Below are positions 1 through 8,883 of a stretch of DNA of 64,000 bases, one piece after another. The stretch lies in assembly GCF_036916985.1 (NCBI RefSeq), contig NZ_JBALFD010000014.1, positions 103,123 through 167,122 of the forward strand. The letters are read 5' to 3'. The translations under genes were made by a program, and so were the position numbers. This stretch comes from Nostoc sp. GTDB lineage: Bacteria; Cyanobacteriota; Cyanobacteriia; Cyanobacteriales; Nostocaceae. Positions within the stretch are counted from its first letter, which is position 1; each line of letters starts with the position of its first letter. Below the pieces are notes generated by a model. The model did not search any database and was not told the DNA's origin. It saw only the letters and a program-made list of their open reading frames with translations.

Positions 1-1
1 G

Positions 2-889
2 TTTTATCTACGTAAAGATGGTGAAGCAGTTAACCAAAAAGAAATTTACAAAAATATCAAAAAACGCTTTGATAAGTCAGAGATTGGTGTAAAGTCTGAG
101 CTACAAAACCTTATACAGTTTGCCAAGTATTACCAGCGTCTGAATTTCTGTGAGCAAGAACCAGAGATTAAATTAAGATATTTCTTCCAGCGATTAAAAA
201 GGCTTGACTTTACAACTTGTCATATATTCCTACTCAATGTTTATCACGAGTATGAAGAGGAACGCTTATCGCTTGATAAGTTTGAAGAAATTTTGCGTTA
301 TCTAGAGTCTTATTTTGTACGTCGTTTATTTGCTGGAATTTCCACCAAAACTTTAGGATCAGTTTTCAACGCTTTGTACTCTGAAGTCCAGAAAGTAAAT
401 CCTAGTGATGTGGTTGATGGATTACAACAAGTCTTGAAGGGTTATGATAAGAGCAAAGTTTGGCCTGATGATGATGCATTGCGTGATGGGATTATTAACA
501 AGGGTGTATACACTACAAGTTTAAGTGATAGAGCGAAGCTTCTTTTAGAGAGTCTAGAGTCATCTCTTACTAAAGAAAAAGTTAAGTCAGAGAGTTTAAC
601 TGTTGAACATATCATGCCCCAGACATTAAATAAAGAATGGAAAACAATGTTAGGGGTAAATCATGCTTCTGTTCAGAAAAAATGGCTACATACGTTAGGT
701 AACCTCACATTAACAGGATATAACTCTGAGATGGGTAATAAACCTTTTTCAGAAAAGCTAACATATTTCAATACTAGCAATTTGTCTTTAAACCATTATT
801 TTAGACAAATAAATGTTTGGAATGAAGAAGCAATCAAAAAACGTGCAGAATATTTAGCTGATATAGCTATTAAAGTCTGGCCTAGATAA
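2..889 (+). CDS. GmrSD-like DUF262/DUF1524 nuclease, C-terminal part (5' end off window)
   Basis: The frame is open from base 2, and track ORF 293..889 is only its TTG-initiated tail. The C-terminal 'TVEHIMPQ...HTLGNLTL...MGNKPF' resembles the DUF1524 His-Me finger signature. Confidence 0.7.
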   Translation, partial: FYLRKDGEAVNQKEIYKNIKKRFDKSEIGVKSELQNLIQFAKYYQRLNFCEQEPEIKLRYFFQRLKRLDFTTCHIFLLNVYHEYEEERLSLDKFEEILRYLESYFVRRLFAGISTKTLGSVFNALYSEVQKVNPSDVVDGLQQVLKGYDKSKVWPDDDALRDGIINKGVYTTSLSDRAKLLLESLESSLTKEKVKSESLTVEHIMPQTLNKEWKTMLGVNHASVQKKWLHTLGNLTLTGYNSEMGNKPFSEKLTYFNTSNLSLNHYFRQINVWNEEAIKKRAEYLADIAIKVWPR

Positions 890-971
890 AAGAAGTATTT
901 CATTCAAAGAATACCAATACTTGGTTGAGTCCTTTATAGACTTGCGATCGCACCCTCTCACTTCGCACACA

Positions 972-1064
972 GACCTAACCCCCCAACTCCCTTCCCTGCA
1001 AGGGAAGGGGGAGAAATCCGGCTCCCCTCTCCGCTTCGGAGAGGGGCTGGGGGAGAGGTCAATC
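972..1064 (+). repeat. 93-bp two-hairpin repeat (gacctaacccc...gggagaggtcaatc), left copy flanking the DUF559 gene
   Basis: Near-identical direct copy at 1515..1607. Internal palindromes are cccttccctgcaagggaaggg and cccctctccgcttcggagagggg. Confidence 0.9.
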
Positions 1065-1101
1065 ATAATCTAAAAATAAACACCTATTTCATACTTCATA
1101 A

Positions 1102-1521
1102 ATGAATAATCCAACACCCGAAGAACCCTACCCACTGACAAAAGAGGGAACTCGCAATATTGTAATCGGATACAAAGCAGACTTAGTTAAAGTGCAGCGT
1201 GCCAAAGAACTACGTCAGCAAATGACACCAGAAGAAAAAATTCTTTGGCAACATCTTCGTGCTAATCGCCTGAATGGTTTGCACTTTCGCCGTCAGCAGA
1301 TTATCAATGGCTTTATTGCAGATTTCTACTGTCACGCAACTGCATTAGTGATAGAAGTAGATGGCAAAATTCATGAACAACAAGCTGAATATGATGCAGA
1401 ACGGGACAAAGTTTTGTCAGCTAGGGGACTGCGTTTGTTGCGAATTAAAAATGAAGAAGTGAGACACAAACTTGATAAAGTTTTGATGCGTATTTCCCTA
1501 GCTTGTTCTCAACAGACCTAA
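1102..1521 (+). CDS. DUF559 (Vsr-like) endonuclease-domain protein
   Basis: 'ILWQHLRANRLNGLHFRRQQIINGFIADFYCH...LVIEVDG..H......D..RD..L...G..LLR' is the typical DUF559 core. The stop codon lies inside the flanking repeat. Confidence 0.8.
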   Translation: MNNPTPEEPYPLTKEGTRNIVIGYKADLVKVQRAKELRQQMTPEEKILWQHLRANRLNGLHFRRQQIINGFIADFYCHATALVIEVDGKIHEQQAEYDAERDKVLSARGLRLLRIKNEEVRHKLDKVLMRISLACSQQT

Positions 1522-1607
1522 CCCCCCAAGTCCCTTCCCTACCAGAGAAGGGAGAGAAATCCGGCTCCCCTCTCCGCCTCGGAGAGGGGTTGGGGGAGAG
1601 GTCAATC
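1515..1607 (+). repeat. 93-bp two-hairpin repeat, right copy flanking the DUF559 gene
   Basis: Direct repeat of 972..1064 with a few substitutions. Confidence 0.9.
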
Positions 1608-1703
1608 CATGCGATCGCGATAAACTGTTAAAATCTAATTACCTGACACCAAAATTTTAACAGGTGAACACCAATGGATTTCTACACATAGGAGTTATTA
1701 AAA

Positions 1704-1916
1704 ATGCTTGAAGTTCACAAGAACTATGTTCTCGACGAAAATCAAAAACCTATTGCCGTACAAATTCCTATCGCTGAATTTGAAAAGATTGAAGAAATTC
1801 TTGAAGATTACGGTTTAGCAAAACTCATGGAGGAAGTAGAGGAAGAAAAACCATTATCGAAAGATGAAGCACTACAATATTATCAATCACTAAAAGAAGA
1901 AAATGTGGCAAGTTGA
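1704..1916 (+). CDS. putative type II antitoxin
   Basis: Small acidic 70-aa ORF that overlaps the downstream RelE/ParE-like ORF by 14 nt, the classic TA layout. Confidence 0.6.
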   Translation: MLEVHKNYVLDENQKPIAVQIPIAEFEKIEEILEDYGLAKLMEEVEEEKPLSKDEALQYYQSLKEENVAS

Positions 1917-2175
1917 ATATACCAAAAGATTCTTGAAAGAACTTGCTGCTTTACCAGTTGAGATTCAAAGCCGCATAGAACCTATCGTGTTTCAAGAGCT
2001 TGAATCAGAGAATCCGTTTGAATTAGGATATATTGAAAAACTGAAAGGCTATAGTGATAAATATAAAATTCGAGTTGGTGATTATCGGATTGGTGTTACT
2101 CTTGATCAAGAAACAAAAACATTAATCTGCCAACGAGTTGCTCACCGCAAAGACATCTACAGAATTTTTCCTTGA
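1903..2175 (+). CDS. RelE/ParE-family type II toxin
   Basis: 90 aa. 'YTKRFLKELAALP...YKIRVGDYRIGVTLDQETKTLICQRVAHRKDIY' matches the RelE/ParE plasmid-stabilisation pattern. Confidence 0.75.
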   Translation: MWQVEYTKRFLKELAALPVEIQSRIEPIVFQELESENPFELGYIEKLKGYSDKYKIRVGDYRIGVTLDQETKTLICQRVAHRKDIYRIFP

Positions 2176-2397
2176 AGCACTGAAAAGCTTTTTAATATTA
2201 CTGTATACACACCCTAATACGATTTGAGCAAAAGCGCGATCGCACAATCATTAAATAAGTCGCTGAATAGCTGAAAATTTAGTGTTTTCAGTACTCGCAG
2301 TCTAGACAAAAATTCCTCTAAATCGCCTGATAAATTGGGAGATTTAGAGGATTTACAATAAGAGAAATCGAGCAATTTGACCGCTAAATTCTTCTTA

Positions 2398-3150
2398 TTA
2401 ACTACAAGTATTTGCTGAAGCAGAATTCACTGTTGTTAAATCGCCAGTGAAAATAACTGTGTATTGATAAGGTGATGAACCAGAACAATTCATGGAATTT
2501 GTATTAGCGCGACGGGGAGTCCACCATGATTTTGCTTGCACAGTCAAATTTGCGCCGTTCCATGAGAGAGCATTGACAACTAAAGAGTTAGTTTTGCCAT
2601 CATCCGCCTTTTTAGCAGATAAGAATGTGGCATAATTAACATCGCCATTGTCTGGATTAATCCGGGCTATAACTGCGACTTTTGGCCCGCCTCCGCTACC
2701 ATAGTTAGACAGCCAACGTCCAGTAGCAAAGCGGCGAAAATCATTACCTGGTTGAGTGCCGGTGGAAGAGTAAACGCCATATAAAACATTGCTCCCATTC
2801 CAATACAATCCATAACCTGTACCATCGTCCCCAGTTGTTTCATAATCATCACGACACCAGGCTTTTATCCCATTATTAAAGCGGATAGTTCTAGGATTTT
2901 TGTTATTAGATGAGACTTGCCGATAACCAATGTAAAAGCTTGTTGTTCCACTAACTACTCTGGGGCCATTTTTAGCTTTGATTGTTGCTTCACTATCACC
3001 GCAAGTGAATGTCACAGCATTACCAATAGATGAATTTACTATTTGGGCTAAAACTGGAGGAGCTTTTTGTGTGAGTAATAAATCAGATGCTAATACTACA
3101 GACAAAGACAAACATGCAAAATACTTTTGTAATTTGCGAGAATAATTCAT
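2398..3150 (-). CDS. secreted hypothetical protein (Cys-containing)
   Basis: Long ORF. The ATG at 3150 gives the signal-peptide-like N-terminus 'MNYSRKLQKYFACLSLSVVLASDLLL'. I recognise no family. Confidence 0.6.
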   Translation of the reverse strand: MNYSRKLQKYFACLSLSVVLASDLLLTQKAPPVLAQIVNSSIGNAVTFTCGDSEATIKAKNGPRVVSGTTSFYIGYRQVSSNNKNPRTIRFNNGIKAWCRDDYETTGDDGTGYGLYWNGSNVLYGVYSSTGTQPGNDFRRFATGRWLSNYGSGGGPKVAVIARINPDNGDVNYATFLSAKKADDGKTNSLVVNALSWNGANLTVQAKSWWTPRRANTNSMNCSGSSPYQYTVIFTGDLTTVNSASANTCS

Positions 3151-3513
3151 GGTATGAACCTGCCGAGTAAGTGAAACGAGAAACACCGTATCACTATAAA
3201 CTCTAATTAGTATTTAGACAAGTAAAATTGTTTCAACCCCCATTTTGCAGCATTTTCAACATTACAAAAAACGAAAATAGACTACAAGTGCATAACAGGA
3301 TATGCATGAAAATGCTTGATAGTAGCTGTATATAATTGTGATTTCTTAAAGAACATCAGTGAATAAAAGAAATTCCCATGAGCTACGCTCTAGTGTAGGC
3401 GATCGCAGCAGTCACAACAATGGTTTCAATGAATAATGTAGCCTTTGTTGATTCTGTATACTCCTGGTGAGAAGCTTTCTTTTGCTCTGTTTTTTGCTTT
3501 GTTTCGTCTTTGA

Positions 3514-3909
3514 TTAAGCGGTTTTAGCATTTTCATCTGATACTTCTCCTGTAACAGCTTTCAAGCGGCTCAATCGGCTTTTACGGATACGTTCGCTATC
3601 ACGAACGCCACCCGCCATCTCATATTCGCTACTGTCTTTGCCATATTTAAAAGCAACCCCCATCACCATCTTATCTGTAAGATTACTTAAACTTTTTTCC
3701 ATTGCATCAATTTTAGTTTTGGAAGAGTCAATTAAAACCAAAGCAGTGTTATAAGCATCAAGCATAGTTCGTAATTGCTCAATTGATTGAGCTAGGTTTT
3801 GCAAATCGCAATTATTACCAAAATCCAAATTTGAATCAATTGCTTTCAGTCCAGCGGATCTCAATTCAGCTTTTTCTAAAACACGAGATGTACGTTTTCT
3901 GCGGGACAT
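3514..3909 (-). CDS. hypothetical protein (coiled-coil-like, 131 aa)
   Basis: Clean ATG ORF with a basic N-terminus. No recognisable motif. Confidence 0.5.
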   Translation of the reverse strand: MSRRKRTSRVLEKAELRSAGLKAIDSNLDFGNNCDLQNLAQSIEQLRTMLDAYNTALVLIDSSKTKIDAMEKSLSNLTDKMVMGVAFKYGKDSSEYEMAGGVRDSERIRKSRLSRLKAVTGEVSDENAKTA

Positions 3910-4076
3910 AAATCTATTCCTTTGTGAAGGTTATAGGGCTAGTTTGCCTTACATCAGTTGTTTTCTGGTTCAGTAAAATTCATGAATAATTGTATTTCTG
4001 CAAAAAATACAAACCAATCTGCGTAATTTCTCTTAATTTTTGGTTTGCACCAATTTATCTTCACAGTTGCTTTAAT

Positions 4077-4265
4077 GTTGATGAGGAATATTGCAATGTT
4101 GATGAGGAATATTGCAATGTTGGTGAGCAACATTACAATGTTGATGAGGAATGTTGCAATGTTAGTGAGGAATGTTGCAATATTTATGAAAAATATTGCA
4201 ATGTTGATGCGGAACATTACAAGGTTGATGACGAACATTACAATGTTGATGAGAAATGTTGCAAT
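4077..4265. repeat. tandem array of nine 21-bp units (consensus gttgatgaggaatattgcaat)
   Basis: Units counted directly at 4077, 4098, 4119, 4140, 4161, 4182, 4203, 4224 and 4245. Degenerate partial units lie at both ends. Confidence 0.95.
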
Positions 4266-4395
4266 GTTACAGCAGTTTTTAGGTGTTTAGACCATGAATT
4301 AGATGGAGAATGTGGAGTAGGCTTGCCGTAACTTGTACTGAGCGTAGTCAAAGTAGCGTAGTCAAACGGGAGGTCAGAGTGTATTCAATATACTC

Positions 4396-4513
4396 TGACC
4401 TCACTTCCATTCCTCTCTCCTAAAAGGAGAGAGGCTTTGAATTTTGCTCCCCAACGCTAGTAGGGAAGTGGCTGGGGTTCGGTTTGTATTGGACTCAACT
4501 GAGAAGCGCTATA
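4396..4513 (+). repeat. 118-bp dispersed repeat (gacctcacttccattcctctctcctaaaaggagagagg...ggttaggt...ctgagaa.cgctata)
   Basis: Second copy in the same orientation at 7139..7256. Confidence 0.85.
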
Positions 4514-4719
4514 TAGCAATCCGATTTGATTTCTGAACTTATTTGCGTAGTAGACGTAGGTTGGGTTACGCAAAGCCTCCACCCAACCTAAAATTTTTTT
4601 GCTAATGACTTGGGGGATGTAGAAACCCCAATCTCAAGCGAAGCCAAATTGGGGTAGTTCATTACACTAAGATACTTATAGCGGTTCCCATTCAGATGAG
4701 GTACAACATTATACCGCAA

Positions 4720-4974
4720 GGTGTAGGGGTAGGGCACTGCCCATTGGTGTCAACTTAAGCTGGAAATAGCTTATCTGTTGGCTTCCATGCCCGCCCGGAA
4801 ATTTATTTCCGGGCTAATAGCTTAAGTCTACTGAAGTAGACTGGAGATTTTTAGCGATATTTAGTCATCTTCAGATGACTTTAGCTATTATACGGGAATT
4901 TCAATTCCCGGCGGACGAGCGGTTTCACGTTAAGTTGACACCAATGGGCAGTGCCGTGCCCTTACGGGTGTACC
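4720..4974. repeat. about 255-bp palindromic composite element with 26-bp perfect terminal inverted repeats
   Basis: ggcactgcccattggtgtcaacttaa at 4733..4758 has its exact reverse complement at 4930..4955. The interior is built of four short hairpins in mirror order. Confidence 0.85.
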
Positions 4975-5286
4975 TTACTGGGTCGGGAAATGCTATATTT
5001 TCTCATCAATATTTCAATAAGTGGTCAGACAAAAATATTTACAGTTATTGCGATTGCTTTATTCTGCAACTCTTGGAGATGCTACCGCGAACGCGACCTT
5101 CGCAATAACATTGTGTAATTAATTCTGTCTGACTACTTACTGCTTCACTCATGCCATTTATATTCCCAATACAAAGCTTTCAGAACGAAGACAAAGTAAT
5201 ACTTAGGTACTATCATAGGGCGATCTCAGTGTGCTAGTTGCGTAAGTCCTGTCTAAGTATAAAGACCTCTCCCAACACATCCCCAC

Positions 5287-5571
5287 TTATTCTTCATTTA
5301 TTTCTGGAGGTTCTTCTAAAAAGCCAGCAATTGGGAGAGGGAATTCACCGCTATTGAGTAGTATTTCAAAGCATTCATCTTCTGAAATTCCGTGTTTTTT
5401 AGCTTTGTAGGCTAGTAGCTCTTTAAAGGCTCCGATATTTCTTCTTATATAGAATGAAGTTATTGAGGCTAAGTTAGCTCTTAGAGATCGCTCCATTAGC
5501 TTTGAGGCTACCAAAAACCAATCTTTATCAAAATCTGATAAATCTATTGATCCGACATTTAATTTAGCCAT
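5287..5571 (-). CDS. hypothetical protein (94 aa)
   Basis: ATG ORF in an AT-rich patch, divergent from the next two ORFs. No motif recognised. Confidence 0.45.
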   Translation of the reverse strand: MAKLNVGSIDLSDFDKDWFLVASKLMERSLRANLASITSFYIRRNIGAFKELLAYKAKKHGISEDECFEILLNSGEFPLPIAGFLEEPPEINEE

Positions 5572-5872
5572 TTTTTACTTCTTTATTTTTCCTATATTAC
5601 ACTTATTTGATACTGGTACACCATGTAGTATACTAGTGATATAAGTTACTTACACGAACTTTTTAATATTTTTTAATACGATGTTAAATCTATATAACAT
5701 TGGTATATTAAAAAGGTGGATAAATATATAACATCTGACCAGACAGGTATACGCTACAAGATTAGACAGAGGATAGTAACTTGTCTTGTAGCTACTTGGA
5801 CATGTCTAAGACTGTCGGTTTCTTGTCCGTTCTTTGTCTTGTCCACACTTTGACCTGCTACTAATAGAGACA

Positions 5873-6178
5873 ATGTTAGCCACTGACCAAGACACGACCA
5901 CTAACGATTCACTTGATGAGCCTGAATATACCCGAACGATTGTTGCTGGGAAATTAAAGATTTCAGCAAAAACTCTTGTTCGTTATTTAGCATTTGGTAC
6001 TGATTATATTCCTGCCTTGAAAGCTTATGTATTGGATGACCGCCCTTTGAACGGTAAACGAATTTTGGAGTCCTATATCAAATATTTAGAAGAAATTCAA
6101 TATCTAAAGTTAGATTATTTGCCTTTGCGAGTAACTGAGATTTTGAATCATAAATATACACTACTGGAGAGTGATTGA
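5873..6178 (+). CDS. hypothetical protein
   Basis: Track ORF 5834..6178. The first ATG is at 5873. The stop overlaps the start region of the next ORF. Confidence 0.45.
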   Translation: MLATDQDTTTNDSLDEPEYTRTIVAGKLKISAKTLVRYLAFGTDYIPALKAYVLDDRPLNGKRILESYIKYLEEIQYLKLDYLPLRVTEILNHKYTLLESD

Positions 6179-6180
6179 TT

Positions 6181-6402
6181 ATGAGTATTTCAGAACTTGT
6201 GACATTTTTAAACGGTGTTTCTTATATTCTGGACTCTGTACAAGATTCACCGGAATTAAAAAGATTGATCGAATCAAGATATTACTTGACAAGTAATAAT
6301 CTAGTTTTCGCTGACATTCTGCTAGTAATCGAAGAAGTATCTAAGGGATTAGCCCAAGCAAATAAATTTGAATTAGATCAAAAACTATTATTGGAAGAAT
6401 AA
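6181..6402 (+). CDS. hypothetical protein
   Basis: Track ORF 6175..6402. The ATG is at 6181, immediately after the upstream stop, which suggests coupling. Confidence 0.4.
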   Translation: MSISELVTFLNGVSYILDSVQDSPELKRLIESRYYLTSNNLVFADILLVIEEVSKGLAQANKFELDQKLLLEE

Positions 6403-6495
6403 ATCATACAACTAAAAAATTATGCTCTCAAACATCAGATTTCCGTTATCGATGCCATTGAGATTATATCTTCCAAATTTACCAAAATTGCTCTT

Positions 6496-6972
6496 AGAGG
6501 TTGTTTGAAAAGTAGTTACCTGTGATTTTAGGCACTTGTTGATCCCCCCTAACCCACGCCAGTCGCTCCACTTGGGGAGACCCCAGATGCTCGCGTCGCT
6601 AACGCTGTGCTATCGCCCTTGGCGTCTCCCCTTCTCTACGAGACGCTACGCAAAGGGAGAAGACCGCGCTGGCTCCCCTTAAAAATGGGGGAATCGGAAT
6701 TAAAGTCCCCCTTTTTAACGTGAGTTCGACAAGTCTTATTTGACCTCTCCCCCAGCCTCTCTCCGTGTCGGAGAGGGAGCAAAAGGCTGAATTTTTCGTT
6801 GCTCCTCCCTTTCCGTTTCGGAGAGGGAAGTTGGGAGGGAGAGGTTCATCGACCTCACGTCTTTTTAAGGGGAGGCACTGCGTTGGGCGGGTTCCCCGAC
6901 TTGAAGCACGTGGCGTGGATTTAGGGGAATCTAAAACGTTTTGCTACCAACAAAAGGACTTTTCAAACATTC
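6496..6972 (+). mobile_element. MITE (agaggttgtttgaaaagt ... acttttcaaacat type) carrying nested insertions
   Basis: The ends and core match the intact 163-bp copy at 60266..60428, but this copy is 477 bp because other repeats are inserted into it. Confidence 0.8.
6717..6860 (+). mobile_element. about 145-bp MITE with TIR aacgtgagttcga / tcga.ctcacgt, nested inside 6496..6972
   Basis: Same element as 47686..47831 and, inverted, 50666..50811. Confidence 0.85.
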
Positions 6973-7138
6973 TTTTACCATAAAATCATTATTTTCGGCT
7001 ATTGTTTGCGTAAGTCTTAAGATGATTACAATAGAGAATTATCTGGTAAATCCACTTGCACATAAAAGGCTATGCTTTTTTGAGGTGGAATTATTAAGGT
7101 TTAACTATAGCGTTTCTTGTTCGGATGCAATATACTTT

Positions 7139-7256
7139 GACCTCACTTCCATTCCTCTCTCCTAAAAGGAGAGAGGCTTTGAATTTTACTCCCCAACGCT
7201 AGAAGGGAAGGGGCTGGGGGTTAGGTCTGTATTCTATGCAACTGAGAACCGCTATA
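7139..7256 (+). repeat. 118-bp dispersed repeat, second copy
   Basis: Aligns along its whole length with 4396..4513. Confidence 0.85.
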
Positions 7257-7281
7257 AGTAATTAATGGGAGCAAAAATGAT

Positions 7282-8379
7282 ATGATTGGGATTGCGATCG
7301 CAGGCACCGGCTTTGGTCAAAAAGTCCACATCCCTGGATTCCAAGCGCATCCTGGCACTGAGGTAGTTGCTGTTTATCACCGAGATATAAATAAAGCCAA
7401 AGCTATAGCAGAATCCCATAATATCCCCCACGCTTCCGACTCACTTACAGATATTGTGGCATTACCAGAAGTGCAAGCAGTCAGCATCTCTACACCGCCT
7501 TTTTTGCACTATGAAATGGCAAAAACTGTATTGCAAGCTGGGAAACATTTATTACTAGAAAAACCGACAACTTTAAATGTAGGTGAAGCTAAAGAACTTT
7601 ATCAGTTAGCTAAAGCAAAAGGCGTGATTGCGACTGTAGATTTTGAATTTCGCTTTGTACCAGCATGGCAGCTGTTTGCAGAATTATTGTCAGAAAACTA
7701 TGTGGGTAAGTTACGTCTAATTAAAATTGATTGGTTAGGTTCTTCTCGTGCTGATACTTCACGCCCTTGGAATTGGTACTCTGACAAAGATAAAGGAGGC
7801 GGTGCATTAGGATCTTTGGGTTCTCACGCCTTTGATTATATTCACTGGTTATTTGGGCCAGTCCGTAGATTAAACGCCCATTTAACTACTGCGATTCCCA
7901 CACGAGTTGACCCTGTGAGTGGGGAATCTAAGTCAGTGGATACAGATGACAACTGTATATTAACCCTGGAATTGGCAGATGGCACACCTTGTCAACTTTC
8001 TATCAGCGCGGTTGTTCATGCACCAAGAACCCATTGGGTAGAAGTATATGGCGATCGCGGTACATTAATAATGGGCAGTGAAAATCAAAAAGATTATATA
8101 CACGGTTTTCGAGTTTGGGGTTCCCAGGTAGGTAAACCTCTAACGGAAATAGAAATACCGAATCGGTTAATTTTTCCCAAAAATCATGCTGATGGGCGCA
8201 TTTCGGCATTTATCCGCGTCGTAGACCAATGGCTACAGGGAATTGAACGCAATCAGGAAATTACACCGTCACTACGAGAAGGAATTTATTCTCAGTTGTT
8301 GATGGATTTATCCCATGAATCTCATCAAAAAGCAAGCTGGGTAGATGTTCCCAGCTTGGAAGGATTTATTAGTAATTAG
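7282..8379 (+). CDS. Gfo/Idh/MocA-family NAD(P)-dependent oxidoreductase
   Basis: N-terminal Rossmann 'IGIAIAGTGFG', plus 'LLEKP' and a C-terminal alpha/beta domain typical of the family. Confidence 0.85.
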   Translation: MIGIAIAGTGFGQKVHIPGFQAHPGTEVVAVYHRDINKAKAIAESHNIPHASDSLTDIVALPEVQAVSISTPPFLHYEMAKTVLQAGKHLLLEKPTTLNVGEAKELYQLAKAKGVIATVDFEFRFVPAWQLFAELLSENYVGKLRLIKIDWLGSSRADTSRPWNWYSDKDKGGGALGSLGSHAFDYIHWLFGPVRRLNAHLTTAIPTRVDPVSGESKSVDTDDNCILTLELADGTPCQLSISAVVHAPRTHWVEVYGDRGTLIMGSENQKDYIHGFRVWGSQVGKPLTEIEIPNRLIFPKNHADGRISAFIRVVDQWLQGIERNQEITPSLREGIYSQLLMDLSHESHQKASWVDVPSLEGFISN

Positions 8380-8386
8380 AAATCAA

Positions 8387-8632
8387 ATGAGCAAAACTCC
8401 CCGCATTCGTATTCCGCCGGAAGTAAAGAAATATGTTTTTCAACGTGACCAATACCAATGCCGAAGTTGTGGTAAAACTACTGTAGAAACTAACCTCAGC
8501 ATTGACCATATCATTCCTCTTGCCCGTGGCGGTCAAAATGATATCAGCAATCTGCAAACTCTTTGCTTGAACTGCAATCAGCAGAAAACAGACAATATTG
8601 ATCCCCGTTTCCGGCGGCATTTTGATTTATGA
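8387..8632 (+). CDS. small HNH endonuclease
   Basis: 'CRSCGK...DHIIPLARGG.N...NLQTLCLNCNQQK' is an HNH motif with Cys pairs. An ATG at 8387 lies within track ORF 8345..8632. Confidence 0.8.
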   Translation: MSKTPRIRIPPEVKKYVFQRDQYQCRSCGKTTVETNLSIDHIIPLARGGQNDISNLQTLCLNCNQQKTDNIDPRFRRHFDL

Positions 8633-8883
8633 CGGTTCTCAATCAAGACGCGATTTATCGCCTCTCTACAATTAGAGAACTCCACAGAATGATTGATCCA
8701 AAAGCTGTCATTGCGTTCGCCCTTGGCGTTCCCGCAGGGTACGAAACGGAGTGTAGCAAAGCAATCCCAAGATTTTGCGGTTGCTTCATTTCGCTTCTCT
8801 ACGAGACGCTACCGCGAACGCTCCATTCGCAATGACAATTGGGCATTTCTTTTTGTGGAGGTCTCTTAGGGTTTTGGATACAT

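Noticed and set aside
854-1066. 70-aa minus-strand ORF 'MIDLSPSPSPKRRGEPDFSPFPCREGSWGV...'
   Set aside because: It is a read-through of the 93-bp hairpin repeat, and the same peptide-like strings arise wherever this repeat family occurs. The same reasoning applies to 6765..6983, 6941..7165, 8629..8835, 8775..8969, 8786..8995, 14893..15084, 4875..5108 and 50567..50788.
4077-4265. Possible CRISPR array
   Set aside because: The units are contiguous with no spacers, the unit length is only 21 bp, and no cas genes are nearby. The heptamer STRR arrays (for example 16026..16094 and 63067..63098) are rejected as CRISPR for the same reason.
3954-4331. Three overlapping ORFs (94, 113 and 81 aa) across the 21-bp tandem array
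   Set aside because: A 21-bp period is a multiple of 3, so any frame lacking a stop in one unit stays open across the array. There is no credible N-terminus or start context. I treat the region as non-coding repeat, though expression of the heptad peptide is not strictly excluded.
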